DNA of 64,000 bases from Sedimentisphaerales bacterium. GTDB taxonomy: Bacteria > Planctomycetota > Phycisphaerae > Sedimentisphaerales > SM23-30. Positions 1-9,284 of the stretch are shown piece by piece. The translations under genes and the position numbers were made by a program. Positions within the stretch are counted from its first letter, which is position 1, and each line of letters starts with the position of its first letter. The notes beneath the pieces were generated by a model. The model did not search any database, was not told the DNA's origin, and saw only the letters and a program-made list of their open reading frames with translations. The stretch is from positions 448,001 through 512,000 of the forward strand of contig CAXXMR010000012.1 in assembly GCA_963663805.2 (NCBI GenBank), given 5' to 3'.

Positions 1-182
1 TCAGCCGGACTGCCGGCAACTAACGTACCTTGTGTTTTTTCCGCTGCCAGTTTCGACAGTCTCAGCAAAACAAAAACCACCGCCTCTCTGCCTTGCTCGT
101 AAATAAGCTCAGCCTGCTCCGCAGTCAATTCCTGCTCTAAGGCCAGGTCGGCGATAGCCTGTTCAGCATTCGGCTTCATCAT
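1..182 (-). CDS. Probable transposase N-terminus (partial, open at window edge; not in the ORF track)
   Basis: Own translation: MMKPNAEQAIADLALEQELTAEQAELIYEQGREAVVFVLLRLSKLAAEKTQGTLVAGSPA..., with no stop before position 1. The 'IYEQGREAVV' helix resembles N-termini of ISBst12-type IS66 transposases. Confidence 0.55.
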   Translation of the reverse strand, partial: MMKPNAEQAIADLALEQELTAEQAELIYEQGREAVVFVLLRLSKLAAEKTQGTLVAGSPA

Positions 183-188
183 GCTGAA

Positions 189-217
189 ACTATAAACCAT
201 TACACGCAATAGCGCAA
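189..217 (-). promoter_or_regulatory. Sigma70-type promoter of the partial transposase, probably leaderless
   Basis: TTGCGC (217-212), 17 bp spacer, TATAGT (194-189). Only 6 nt separate it from the ATG at 182 and there is no SD. Confidence 0.5.
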
Positions 218-296
218 ATTACCCATCTTAACATTTTGAAGTTTTTTTGTCTTTTTTTTGCACAAGCCAACCCAAAAGCTATAGAATTTGCTTCAC

Positions 297-718
297 TTGG
301 CTAAAATGTTACAAAAACTTATAAATTGTGTTATTTCGGAGAATAGCTCATTTAATAATGGTGGTGGATTATATCTTGCTAATGGTCCTGTGCAAGTTAC
401 AAATTGTACGATATCAAATAATCAGACTTCCTCCAAAGGCGGTGGACTATATGTAATTAATTCAGCTACGACGATATTGAATAGTATTTTTGAGAGTAAT
501 ATTGCATCTGGTATTGGGAATGGTGATGAATTCTATCACGCAGGAACTGCTTGGGGCGCCAGTATTGATTATAGTTCTGTTGATGATGGTTATTATCCGG
601 GGACAAGTCATCCTAGATGCTCATGGGATGGGGCACCATACACAACGTCGGCACATATGCTTGGTACGGCCGCGGACTTAAATCCTTTGTTAACAAATTC
701 ACCTTCGCCTTACTATTA
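297..718 (+). pseudogene. Internal fragment of a right-handed parallel beta-helix (Pmp/choice-of-anchor-Q-like) surface protein
   Basis: NCVISENS..GGGLY, NCTISNN..GGGLY, NSIFESN repeats and an 'NPLL..YY' motif. There is no real start, and the TAG stop uses G719, the first IS base. Confidence 0.7.
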
Positions 719-798
719 GTAAGGTTCCGGCCAAGTGCATCTTGCGGGGTTCTTTGAAAAATTGATAATACGGCTCATGATTTAATGGAGAGGCAATC

Positions 799-1149
799 AT
801 GGGCAAAGCGCGAAAATCTGATACGGAACAGCGGCAGTTTTGGCGGATGGTGCTGGAGACATTTCAATCCAGTGGGTTATCCGTTCGTCAGTTTTGTCGG
901 CAGGAAGGTTTATCTGAGCCATCTTTTTATTCCTGGCGCAGGCGTCTGACCCAAGCCCGAAACTCTGATTACGACAGCAAGTCAGAGGCGCAGCCGGAGG
1001 CCTTCATTCGCGTTTCGATGCCCCCGTCCCAGCCCGGTTCTCTGGAGCTTGTTCTGGCGGCTGGCCATACATTGCGGATACCTTCAAATATCGACGATGC
1101 ATTTTTAACCGGCGTTCTTTCCGCGCTAAAACAGGCAAAGCTATGCTAA
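799..1149 (+). CDS. tnpA: IS66 accessory protein TnpA (HTH)
   Basis: W...F..SGLSVRQFCRQEGLSEPSFYSWRRRL motif; SD GGAGAGG upstream. Confidence 0.92.
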   Translation: MGKARKSDTEQRQFWRMVLETFQSSGLSVRQFCRQEGLSEPSFYSWRRRLTQARNSDYDSKSEAQPEAFIRVSMPPSQPGSLELVLAAGHTLRIPSNIDDAFLTGVLSALKQAKLC

Positions 1150-1502
1150 CTCTGCCCCCGGCGGTGAAGATTTTCATTTACTCTCAGCCGACGGATATGC
1201 GTTGCGGTTTTAACAAGCTTTCGATGCTGGCGGAAAACTTCATGCTTCAAGATTCGTTCAGCGGCCATCTGTTTGTGTTCTTCAATAAACGCGGCGACAA
1301 ATGTAAGATTCTTTTCTGGGACCGCACCGGATTCGTCGTTTGGTATAAGCGGCTGGAGGAAGGCACGTTTGAAAAAATCCCCGGCAAAAATAATCAGGCA
1401 TCAATCGAAGTTGATATTGCCAAGCTAAGCTGGATACTGGAAGGCATTGATTTATTTCGCAGTCGCCGCCGAAAACGCTATGAGCGTAAAAGCTCGCTAT
1501 AG
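1143..1502 (+). CDS. tnpB: IS66 accessory protein TnpB (Orf2; not the RNA-guided TnpB)
   Basis: PTDMRCGFNKL, GHLFVFFNKR, KILFWDRTGFVVWYKRLEEGTF motifs. Confidence 0.95.
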   Translation: MLTLPPAVKIFIYSQPTDMRCGFNKLSMLAENFMLQDSFSGHLFVFFNKRGDKCKILFWDRTGFVVWYKRLEEGTFEKIPGKNNQASIEVDIAKLSWILEGIDLFRSRRRKRYERKSSL

Positions 1503-1618
1503 GCTCTTAGAGTTAAGAATATTACATATTTTCTCATTTTTATGCTTGCTTTTTTCATCATTTCGCTTATCATAATCTCATCGTTAAGGATGACGAAGTT
1601 ACTAAACGTTACGGATTG

Positions 1619-3142
1619 ATGATGGCTGAAAAGATAACCGCTCAAAGCTCTGTCGAGCAGCTTCCCGATGATGTTGCCACTCTTAAAGAGATGGTTCTGA
1701 CGCTGTTGGGTCAGATTGATGATCTCAGCGGCCAGTTGTATTATCTCAAGCGGCAGTTGTTCGGCAAGAAAAGCGAAAAGCTCGATCCGGCTCAGCGTTT
1801 GTTGTTTGAAAATCTTTACGAGGAAGTTCAACAGAAGATTGAACAGCAGAAGCCCTCACGCGCCAAGGTTGTTAAAGGCCGTAAGAAAGCTAATCATCAG
1901 GGCCGCAAACCGCTGCCGGAAAATTTGCGTCGCGAAACTATCGACATTGAACCTGCCGAAGAAGAAAAAACCTGCCCGGTATGCCATAACGAAAAACAGC
2001 GAATCGGCGAGGAGGTAACCGAAAAGCTGGATTATGTGCCCGCATCTTTTTATGTTCAGCGTTATGTCAGAAGCAAATACGCCTGCAAGGTTTGCGAGAA
2101 TAATATCTCAATCGGCGAACTGCCGCCCATGGCGATCGACAAAGGCATTCCCGCTGAAGGCCTGCTGGCGTATATCATAACGAGTAAGTATGCAGACCAT
2201 CAGCCGCTGAACCGTCTGGAAGGTATTATTAAGCGGCACGGCGTGGAAATAAATGTGTCAACCATGTGCGACTGGGTGGGCAGTTGCGCGGATCTGCTGG
2301 AACCGCTGGTCAAACGTATGCGGGAGAAGATTCAACAGTCGGAAATCATTTATACCGATGATACTTCCATCCCCATCAAGAGCAAAAAGCGTAAAGGATC
2401 CACGTATAGGGGCTATTTGTGGGTTTATATCGATGCCGATTATAATGTGGCGTTTGATTTTACGCCGACGCGTTCGCGCGAAGGCCCGCTAAATTTTATC
2501 GGCAGAGATTATCAGGGTTTTGTGCATGCCGATGCTTATAGCGGCTACGATGCACTGTTTCGGACTACCGATGCTGTTGAGGTGGCTTGTAATGCGCATG
2601 CGCGTCGGAAGTTTGAATATGCTTTAGACTGCGACCCGGTGCGAGCGGCACATTTTATGGTGCTCTGGGGCAGGCTTTATGAAATTGAGCGACGAGCCAA
2701 AGTGGAAAAATATTCGCTGGAGCAGCTTCTAAAATCGCGTCAGGAAGAAGCCCTGCCAATCTTTGCCGAGATTCGAGCTAAGCTGGAAGAGTATCAGGGA
2801 CAGGCTCTGCCTAAAAACAATATGGGCAAAGCCGTCACCTACGCTCTGAACCAGTGGAATGCCCTGGTTCGCTATACCAGCGACCCGCATTTGAGCATCG
2901 ATAATAATCTTTCGGAACGAACGCTGAGAATGGTAGTCATTGGCCGAAAAAATTATATGTTCGCCGGCAGCGAAGCCGGAGCCGAACGCGCCGCTATAAT
3001 CTATAGCCTGGTCGCCGGCTGCAAACTACACAATCACGACCCATTCGCGTATTTCAATGATGTCCTCAGAAAAATCTCCACCACCGGCGCCAACCAAATC
3101 GACACCCTCCTGCCCGCCAACTGGAAAACCCCGCAAAATTAA
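1619..3142 (+). CDS. tnpC: IS66 DDE transposase TnpC
   Basis: LFGKKSE, CPVC...CKVC zinc finger, KYADHQPLNR, TDDT, HADAYSGY, CNAHARRKF, IDNNLSERTLR..GRKNYMFAGS. Confidence 0.97.
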   Translation: MMAEKITAQSSVEQLPDDVATLKEMVLTLLGQIDDLSGQLYYLKRQLFGKKSEKLDPAQRLLFENLYEEVQQKIEQQKPSRAKVVKGRKKANHQGRKPLPENLRRETIDIEPAEEEKTCPVCHNEKQRIGEEVTEKLDYVPASFYVQRYVRSKYACKVCENNISIGELPPMAIDKGIPAEGLLAYIITSKYADHQPLNRLEGIIKRHGVEINVSTMCDWVGSCADLLEPLVKRMREKIQQSEIIYTDDTSIPIKSKKRKGSTYRGYLWVYIDADYNVAFDFTPTRSREGPLNFIGRDYQGFVHADAYSGYDALFRTTDAVEVACNAHARRKFEYALDCDPVRAAHFMVLWGRLYEIERRAKVEKYSLEQLLKSRQEEALPIFAEIRAKLEEYQGQALPKNNMGKAVTYALNQWNALVRYTSDPHLSIDNNLSERTLRMVVIGRKNYMFAGSEAGAERAAIIYSLVAGCKLHNHDPFAYFNDVLRKISTTGANQIDTLLPANWKTPQN

Positions 3143-3200
3143 CCCGCCCCAACCGCAATCCACCAATTGTCAGCCAAGGTGTACTTGGCCGGAAACTTAC

Positions 3201-3404
3201 TGTCAAGGTACAAGTTCCAGTGTTAATTTTGTTTTATGTACTATTGGGACACTGGGGGCAAATAAAGCAAATAATAACCCTGCTCACCCTAGTGCAGAGA
3301 TGTTTTTTGATTATATCGGTAACGCTCCGACGTTTATTAGCTGTTCCATCCGTGGCGGAACAGATCTGTATGTCAATCCTTATTGCGATTGGCCGGGCAA
3401 ATAA
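3201..3404 (+). pseudogene. C-terminal remnant of a beta-helix-like surface protein, cut by the IS66 right end
   Basis: Frame CQGTSSSVNFVLCTIG...APTFISCSIRGG...WPGK* starts directly at the IS boundary without a start codon. Confidence 0.45.
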
Positions 3405-3438
3405 GGTATGGCAATTTGTTGATAGAAAGGCTAAAAGC

Positions 3439-4524
3439 ATGAATATCGCAACCAAAATAAAGATACTCTTTCTCTCTGTTACGCTTTTTTTGCTGCCCTC
3501 TTTGTCTGGAGCAGAAATGGCGAACTACAATTTAGACGTCATCAGTTCGCAAAGTGATTACGCATTCTTTACCACCACAAATGCGATTAACGATCTTGGC
3601 CAGGTAGTTGGTGTGGGGCAGGTCGGCAGCACACAATATCCTTTAAGTTGGGATATTGGCGATGGATTCACCACTCTTACTAATCCAGGAGTTGCTGGTG
3701 GAATAAATAATCTGGGACAACTTATAATATCCAATTCTTTTCGGGTATATGATTCTGACGGCACAGAACTATACTCACATGATGTCTACGACGGCATAGG
3801 AACCGACATTAACAATAACACAGAAGTCGCCGGTGTCACATTCTTTAATGGGAGTCTATATCACCATGCGTTTTTGTGGGACGAAACGAATGGCATGGAA
3901 GACCTTGGTACGCTTGGCGGTGATTGGTCTTTTGCTCACGCAATCAACGACAATGGTCATGTGGTCGGCAGAAGTACCGTTGAAGGCGGATTAATCGCAG
4001 ACCAATACGCCTTTTTGTGGACAAGAGATGATGGTATAATGAACCTTGGCGTACTTTCAGGAATAGGTTCTGCTAGTGAGGCTTATGATATTAACAACAA
4101 TAACAAAGTCATTGGCGTATCTTATTCCAGTACCATCGGCCGAGCCTTTATCTGGGATAGTGTTAATGGCATGCAGAATCTGGGCACTTTGCTAAACAGC
4201 AGTTCTGCGGTTGCCGTCAATGATTCTGATCTGGTAATTGGTAATTGCCATGGACTGAACGGCGAGTCGCTTGGCTTTATATGGTCAGAGGCGGACGGTA
4301 TGGTTGATCTTTCTGATTTACTAAGCAACCCTTACAGTAGCTATGACATTCTGGATGTATATGACATTAATAACAACAATCAGATTGTTGCTTTGGCAGA
4401 GCTGGATGGTGTGGAATACCATGTTCTGCTTACTCCTGTGCCAGAGCCGATTAGTTTGTTAATGTTAACCATGGGTAGTTTTGCTGTTTTGCGAAGAAAA
4501 GCTAACCGGCGGTTCTTCCATTGA
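3439..4524 (+). CDS. PEP-CTERM surface protein with HAF-type extracellular repeats
   Basis: Signal peptide after SD AGAAAGG and ATG 3439. Repeats 'HAFLWD..GMEDLGTLGG..S.A.AINDNGHVVG'. C-terminal VPEP, TM helix and RRK. Confidence 0.92.
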   Translation: MNIATKIKILFLSVTLFLLPSLSGAEMANYNLDVISSQSDYAFFTTTNAINDLGQVVGVGQVGSTQYPLSWDIGDGFTTLTNPGVAGGINNLGQLIISNSFRVYDSDGTELYSHDVYDGIGTDINNNTEVAGVTFFNGSLYHHAFLWDETNGMEDLGTLGGDWSFAHAINDNGHVVGRSTVEGGLIADQYAFLWTRDDGIMNLGVLSGIGSASEAYDINNNNKVIGVSYSSTIGRAFIWDSVNGMQNLGTLLNSSSAVAVNDSDLVIGNCHGLNGESLGFIWSEADGMVDLSDLLSNPYSSYDILDVYDINNNNQIVALAELDGVEYHVLLTPVPEPISLLMLTMGSFAVLRRKANRRFFH

Positions 4525-5277
4525 TGTTGGCGGCAGGAACTTATTATCCTGATCCAACAGGCTTGGGTGATTCTCGCGACGCTATTTTTGCTCTTGTCGC
4601 AGAGGCGGAGGTTTATGGGGGCTGGGCTGGTACAGAGTCTTATCTTGATGAGCGTGATTCTTTTGAAAATGAAACTATACTAAGCGGCGATTTAAATGGG
4701 GACGATTTGGCTGGCTTTGGGAATCGAACAGACAACAGCTATCAAGTTGTTCAAAGTGCAACTAACGCTCTGCTGGATGGTTTTACGGTGAAGGCAGGTT
4801 ATAACGCGGACATGACGGGCGGTGCGGGAGCAGGCGTGTTTGTTAATACAGATATGCAAATAAGAAATTGTCGCATTGAGGACAACTGGGCCAATAGTTA
4901 TGGCGGTGGTGTCTATATTGAGGACTCCGCGGTTACAATGGGCAATTGTTTGATTGTCGGCAATAGAGCCCATAATGGTACAAATGCATATGGAGGCGGG
5001 ATTTTTGCATACTACTCGGCGGGGAATGAGGCTAAAGAGTTTGTCATCGGGAATTGCACGGTTTCTGATAATATTTCAACAAATGAAAGCTTCCGGCTGG
5101 GTGACAGATACTTCCCATAGTATCTGTATTGACGCGGGTGACCCAGGCGAGAGCGTCAATTTTGAGCCAACGCCCAATGGCGGCATAATCAATATGGGCT
5201 ATTATGGGGGGACTGGATATGCGTCGAAAAATGAAGGTATTGATTTTTGCCTGGGTTTTGGGGTAAAGGTTGGGTGA
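4521..5277 (+). pseudogene. N-truncated, frameshifted beta-helix / choice-of-anchor-Q-like protein
   Basis: AAGTYYPD..YGGWAGTE..RD...NETILSGD, LDGFTV, GGGVY repeats in one frame. The C-terminal S.CIDAGDP...EPTPNGGIINMGYYGGT..ASK is in another frame (switch near 5085-5100). No signal peptide or SD. Confidence 0.75.
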
Positions 5278-5287
5278 GGGTGGGCTA

Positions 5288-5316
5288 ATCCGGCGGCTTA
5301 CGCGGCTCGGCTTTTG
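5288..5316 (+). repeat. Dispersed intergenic repeat A, copy 1 (degenerate REP-like palindrome)
   Basis: ATCCGGCGGCTTACGCGGCTCGGCTTTTG, 27/29 identical to 14482-14510. Confidence 0.8.
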
Positions 5317-5442
5317 TTTTTTTTTTGGGGGGGGGGATATTGCTGCATGGCGAAAGGGCGGTTAGGCAATTTCATTGTCAGGAGTATCTGGAGTGCTTAT
5401 ACTCAGGGCTGGAATCATTAACATACCTGATGGAGAAGATCG

Positions 5443-6273
5443 ATGGAATTGGTGATGCTTAACGATGAGATTATGCCGCTGGGTGATGCCAAGATTAGTG
5501 CTCATGACCGCAGTGTCTATTTTGGTGACGGGGTTTATGAGGTAATCCGAGCAATTAATGGGGAATTGTTTGAGATGGAACGTCATATGGACCGGTTTCG
5601 TTACAGTCTGGAACAGATGGATATGCTGGAGAAGGTTGATCTGGAGCAGATTCGCGGGCGGGTTGCGCGGGCGTTGGCGGAGTCGGGGCTGGCGAATTCG
5701 GCGGTCTATTTTCAGATAAGTCGGGGCGAGGCGGTGCGGTCACATGATTATCCGAGCGACTGGCGGCCTAATTTTCTGCTGTCGGTGCGTGGGGTGGAGA
5801 AACGGAAGTCGGATACGATTACGGCGATTACTCACGCGGACTGGCGGTGGAAACGGTGCGATATAAAGTCGCTGAATCTGCTGGCGAATATTATGGCTAA
5901 GCACGCGGCGACATCCAGAGGCAAAGGCGAGTCGATTCTGGTTGACGAAAATCAGATCGTTACAGAGGCGACGAGTTCTTCGGTTTTGCTGTTGCGGGGG
6001 AATGAATTGTATACGGCACCGCTTACGGCGAATATATTGCGAGGTATTACGCGGGAGCTGCTGCTGGAATGGGCCAGCGGGATTGGGCTTACGGTTAAGG
6101 AAGAATCGTTTCCGCTGAGCGCGGCGTTTGAGGCTGATGAGCTGATGGTTACGGGTACGAGTACGGAAGTTAAAGCAGTGGTGGAACTGGACGGCAATCA
6201 AATCAGCGATGGTCAGGTTGGTAAATATACGCGTAAGTTCCAGGGGCTATTGACTGAGGCTTTGTATGGGTAA
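5443..6273 (+). CDS. dat: D-amino-acid aminotransferase (PLP class IV)
   Basis: DRSVYFGDGVYEVIR, RWKRCDIKSLNLL (catalytic Lys motif of Bacillus-type D-AAT), ILRGITR. Confidence 0.85.
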   Translation: MELVMLNDEIMPLGDAKISAHDRSVYFGDGVYEVIRAINGELFEMERHMDRFRYSLEQMDMLEKVDLEQIRGRVARALAESGLANSAVYFQISRGEAVRSHDYPSDWRPNFLLSVRGVEKRKSDTITAITHADWRWKRCDIKSLNLLANIMAKHAATSRGKGESILVDENQIVTEATSSSVLLLRGNELYTAPLTANILRGITRELLLEWASGIGLTVKEESFPLSAAFEADELMVTGTSTEVKAVVELDGNQISDGQVGKYTRKFQGLLTEALYG

Positions 6274-8074
6274 TGTAACGGTAAATCTGCCGCGTGATTA
6301 TCGTCAGCGTAAAGCCAACCTTAAACCGGCGAGTGCGTGGCTACTCACGTTTTTGACGATGCTGGGCCTGACGGTTATTCAGGAGCCGGTCGGTTTGAGC
6401 TGGCTGGGCTGGGTGGTACTGGTTCCGTGGGTAGTGGGTACGGTTGGTCGTTCGAGCGGCGGGCGGACGGCGGTGATGAACTGGCTATTGGGGACGGTGT
6501 ATTTTCTGGGGAATCTGTACTGGCTAAGCTGGGTGACTTTGGCGGGGTATATTGGGCTGGGGATTTATCTGGGGTTTTATTTCGTGTTGGGCGGTTTTGT
6601 GCTGCGTCAGGTTTATCTGCGAAAGCGCTGGCCTTTTACTTTGGTGCTGCCTCTGCTGTTGGTGTCCCTTGAATATTTACGCGGGACAGTTATGACGGGT
6701 TTTCCGTGGCTGTTTATGTCACATAGTCAGCATGAGCATTTGAAGCTGATTCAGATTGCTGACTGCTGCGGGGCTTATGGGGTTACGTTTATTTTAGCGA
6801 TGGTGAACGGGTTCATCGCGGATTTGCTGCTGCGTCCTTTGAGTTGGCAGCCGGGATTGAAGCGTAAGCCGATGGGGATTTTTACGCTGGCGGTTTTGAC
6901 CGCGGGGGCGGTTGCGGGTACTTATTATTACGGCGGCTATCGACTGGAAGAATCGGCGGGGCATTTTCAGGAAGGGCCGACGGTGGCGGTGGTGCAGGAT
7001 TCGGTGCCGATTCTGGTGCATGACATAGCTTTGGGGGATGAGGAGATTTTTTCGCGTCACGCGGAGCTGAGTCGGCAGGCGGGGGCGGGGGAAGTGAAAC
7101 CGGAGCTGGTTGTCTGGCCGGAATCGATGGTGGGTACGGCGATTAATGATGAATATTTGAAACTGCCGGAGACCTATAGCGATTACAACTTCGCGGAGAA
7201 TCAGGCGTTTGGCCTTAGTACGATGTTTGATGGGGCACTTCGTGAGCTGGCGAAAGAGGGTGCGGCGATTTTGGTGGGGGCTCCTTCGTGGGAGATGAAT
7301 GAGGTCGAAATCAGTGACACCGAGAAGGCATTGGACCGGACGTGGCAGGGGAACGGGGCTTATTTGTACTTGGCGGACGGGACAAAATTTGCGGAGCGTT
7401 ATGACAAGATGCATCTGGTTCCGTTTGGCGAGGTGGTTCCGTTCAAAAAATCTTTTCCGGCGCTGCATGATTTATTGAATCGTTTAACCCCTTATGATTT
7501 TGAATATACTCTCGACGCGGGCGAACAAGCCACGGTTTTTGAGTACACAAACAATAAGGGACAGCAAAGGCGATTTGCGGTCGCTATTTGTTACGAAGAT
7601 GTGGTAGCAGAGGTGCCGCGGCAGTTGTCGGTTGCGAGCGGTGAAAAGCGGGTGGATTTTCTTTTGAATATCAGTAATGACGGTTGGTTTGTGCGGGGCG
7701 AGTTGGGCGAGATAAAGCCGAGTACGGAGAATATTCAGCATTATGTGATTTGCAAGTTTCGGGCGGTTGAGAACCGGATTAGTATTGTGCGGGCAGTTAA
7801 TACAGGGATAAGCGGTTTTATTCGTTCGGATGGTTACGGGCAGTTTGGCAAGATGGCGGGGACACTGGCTGATGAGCCGCGAGAGCGGGCGGGGCAGAGT
7901 GGCTATCTGGTGGACCGGGTGACGCTGGATGGGCGGGTGAGTTTTTACAGTCGATGGGGAAATGTTTTCGCGATTCTGTGTACGGTGATTACGGGGCTTG
8001 CGGCGCTGAGGGCCATGGGGGGGGAGAAAGTAAAAACCCGGCAATTGTTCACCTCGATTTCGTCCCTTTGGTGA
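6266..8074 (+). CDS. lnt: Apolipoprotein N-acyltransferase
   Basis: N-terminal TM helices, TGFPW, and the E-K-C triad motifs VVWPES, YDKMHLVPFGE, ICYED; NISNDGWF, RAVNTGIS. Confidence 0.96.
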   Translation: MGNVTVNLPRDYRQRKANLKPASAWLLTFLTMLGLTVIQEPVGLSWLGWVVLVPWVVGTVGRSSGGRTAVMNWLLGTVYFLGNLYWLSWVTLAGYIGLGIYLGFYFVLGGFVLRQVYLRKRWPFTLVLPLLLVSLEYLRGTVMTGFPWLFMSHSQHEHLKLIQIADCCGAYGVTFILAMVNGFIADLLLRPLSWQPGLKRKPMGIFTLAVLTAGAVAGTYYYGGYRLEESAGHFQEGPTVAVVQDSVPILVHDIALGDEEIFSRHAELSRQAGAGEVKPELVVWPESMVGTAINDEYLKLPETYSDYNFAENQAFGLSTMFDGALRELAKEGAAILVGAPSWEMNEVEISDTEKALDRTWQGNGAYLYLADGTKFAERYDKMHLVPFGEVVPFKKSFPALHDLLNRLTPYDFEYTLDAGEQATVFEYTNNKGQQRRFAVAICYEDVVAEVPRQLSVASGEKRVDFLLNISNDGWFVRGELGEIKPSTENIQHYVICKFRAVENRISIVRAVNTGISGFIRSDGYGQFGKMAGTLADEPRERAGQSGYLVDRVTLDGRVSFYSRWGNVFAILCTVITGLAALRAMGGEKVKTRQLFTSISSLW

Positions 8075-8101
8075 AAACGTAAGCGTTCACAATTGTTTCT
8101 G

Positions 8102-8114
8102 GCCCCTTCGGGGC
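8102..8114. terminator. Short GC hairpin between convergent lnt and SurA-like genes (terminator or REP remnant)
   Basis: GCCCC-TTC-GGGGC. Confidence 0.35.
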
Positions 8115-8172
8115 TTAAGGTTACTTTTTGGCAATCATCCTAGGGCTCACATCCACTGTTACAAAAATTTAT

Positions 8173-9213
8173 TTAGCGATTTTTTATCATGTCGTAGCCG
8201 GACAGGATTGTTTGCTGGACGAATAGTTCTATGTTGCCGATGATAGCGTTCTGAGCGAGTTCGCTTTGGAGTTTTTCGCGGTACTTCATCCAGCGTTGGC
8301 GTTGGATTTTTTCTTTTATTTCAGACTGGACTTCCGGGAAGGAACGAACGGCGGCTTGCTGACGTTTGAGTAGTTTGGCGATGAAGTAATGGCCGGTCGC
8401 TTCGATGATGTCGGTGAAATCACCTACGGTTTTATCCTCAAGGGCGGTGACTATGGGGCGGTATTCTTCACGAAGTGATTCTGGTTTTAAGGGTCGCCAG
8501 ATTCCTGCGTTGTCTTTGTATATGCCCTGAGAGAATTTTCTTACAACTTCGGCGAAGTCGGTTCCCTGCTTGAGCTGTTCGAGGGCCTGGGCCGCTGTGT
8601 TTTTGGCATCGGCGGTATCGGCGGGGATGTCGATGAGCTGGAACTGGATTTCGGCTTCGAGGGCAAATTCGTCGCTCTGGTGCGTGCGATAATACTGAAG
8701 CATCTGGCTGCGGGTGATTTCCTGAGCGGGCAGAAAGTAAATCTGCTGATAGCTCATGACGATAAAGTCCTGCTTGAAAATTTTGAGCTGTTCTTCGAGG
8801 GTTGTTCCCTCACGAGCGAAATCTTCCTGCGCGAGCGCTTCGCTGCCGCCGTGGTCAGCGATGAGAACCTTACTCTGGCTATCGACGGCTCCCTTGATGG
8901 CGTTATCGAAACCCTCGTTGCGGGAAAATTGTTTCAGGGCGTATTGATAGAGTACCAGGTCCCGCAGGTGGGCCATGGTTGCCTGCGAAATAATTGGCAG
9001 GGCTTTTTGGGCGTAGGTCTGGAGGTCGTTTTCCTGAGCGAGGGGGCGGAGCTGGTCGATGACTGATTTGAGGACTTCTTCTGAGGTCAGGGCCCCGTCG
9101 TTGACCTGCAGGACAGCTCCGGTCATGCTCAACTGCCGAACGGGCTGAGCGATGAGGGTGCTGCATGCAAGCATCAGGGTTGCTATTGTTGCTAAAATAT
9201 TTTTTTGCGTCAC
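8173..9213 (-). CDS. SurA/PpiC-type peptidyl-prolyl isomerase/chaperone
   Basis: Signal peptide, 'VNDGALTSEEV' SurA-N-like start, parvulin-like 'LKQGTDFAEVVRKFSQG...G.FTDIIE...YFIAKL'; downstream of mfd. Confidence 0.8.
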   Translation of the reverse strand: MTQKNILATIATLMLACSTLIAQPVRQLSMTGAVLQVNDGALTSEEVLKSVIDQLRPLAQENDLQTYAQKALPIISQATMAHLRDLVLYQYALKQFSRNEGFDNAIKGAVDSQSKVLIADHGGSEALAQEDFAREGTTLEEQLKIFKQDFIVMSYQQIYFLPAQEITRSQMLQYYRTHQSDEFALEAEIQFQLIDIPADTADAKNTAAQALEQLKQGTDFAEVVRKFSQGIYKDNAGIWRPLKPESLREEYRPIVTALEDKTVGDFTDIIEATGHYFIAKLLKRQQAAVRSFPEVQSEIKEKIQRQRWMKYREKLQSELAQNAIIGNIELFVQQTILSGYDMIKNR

Positions 9214-9284
9214 TTTTAATCTCCTTTTTTCGAGTCTGAATATTTTGGGTTATCATAGCACAGCTGGGCGGGGAAATAAAGCGT

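Larger units (their letters stand above)
1..296 (-). mobile_element. Left end of a putative IS66-family (ISBst12-like, single-ORF) element, running off the window
   Basis: Minus-strand terminus GTGAAGCAAAT at 296, where the adjacent beta-helix reading frame begins abruptly. It contains a promoter and the start of a transposase-like ORF. The other end is outside the window. Confidence 0.5.
719..3200 (+). mobile_element. Complete IS66-family element (tnpA-tnpB-tnpC), 2482 bp
   Basis: IRL GTAAGGTTCCGGCCAAGTGCATCTTG (719-744) versus reverse-complemented IRR GTAAGTTTCCGGCCAAGTACACCTTG (3175-3200), 23/26 identical, with the three canonical ORFs inside. Confidence 0.97.

Noticed and set aside
1143..1502. 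'TnpB' as an RNA-guided nuclease
   Set aside because: This is the 119-aa IS66 accessory protein, with no RuvC motifs; only the name is shared.
3220..3438. N-terminal extension of the PEP-CTERM ORF in the ORF track
   Set aside because: SD and signal peptide place the start at 3439; the upstream sequence encodes a remnant in another frame.
3580..4400. Repeats in the HAF gene considered as CRISPR or DGR template/variable repeats
   Set aside because: They are degenerate protein-level repeats; no reverse transcriptase or cas gene is present.
5312..5337. T and G homopolymer tracts as a phase-variation switch
   Set aside because: Intergenic and not within an identifiable promoter spacer; better treated as part of the local G/T skew.
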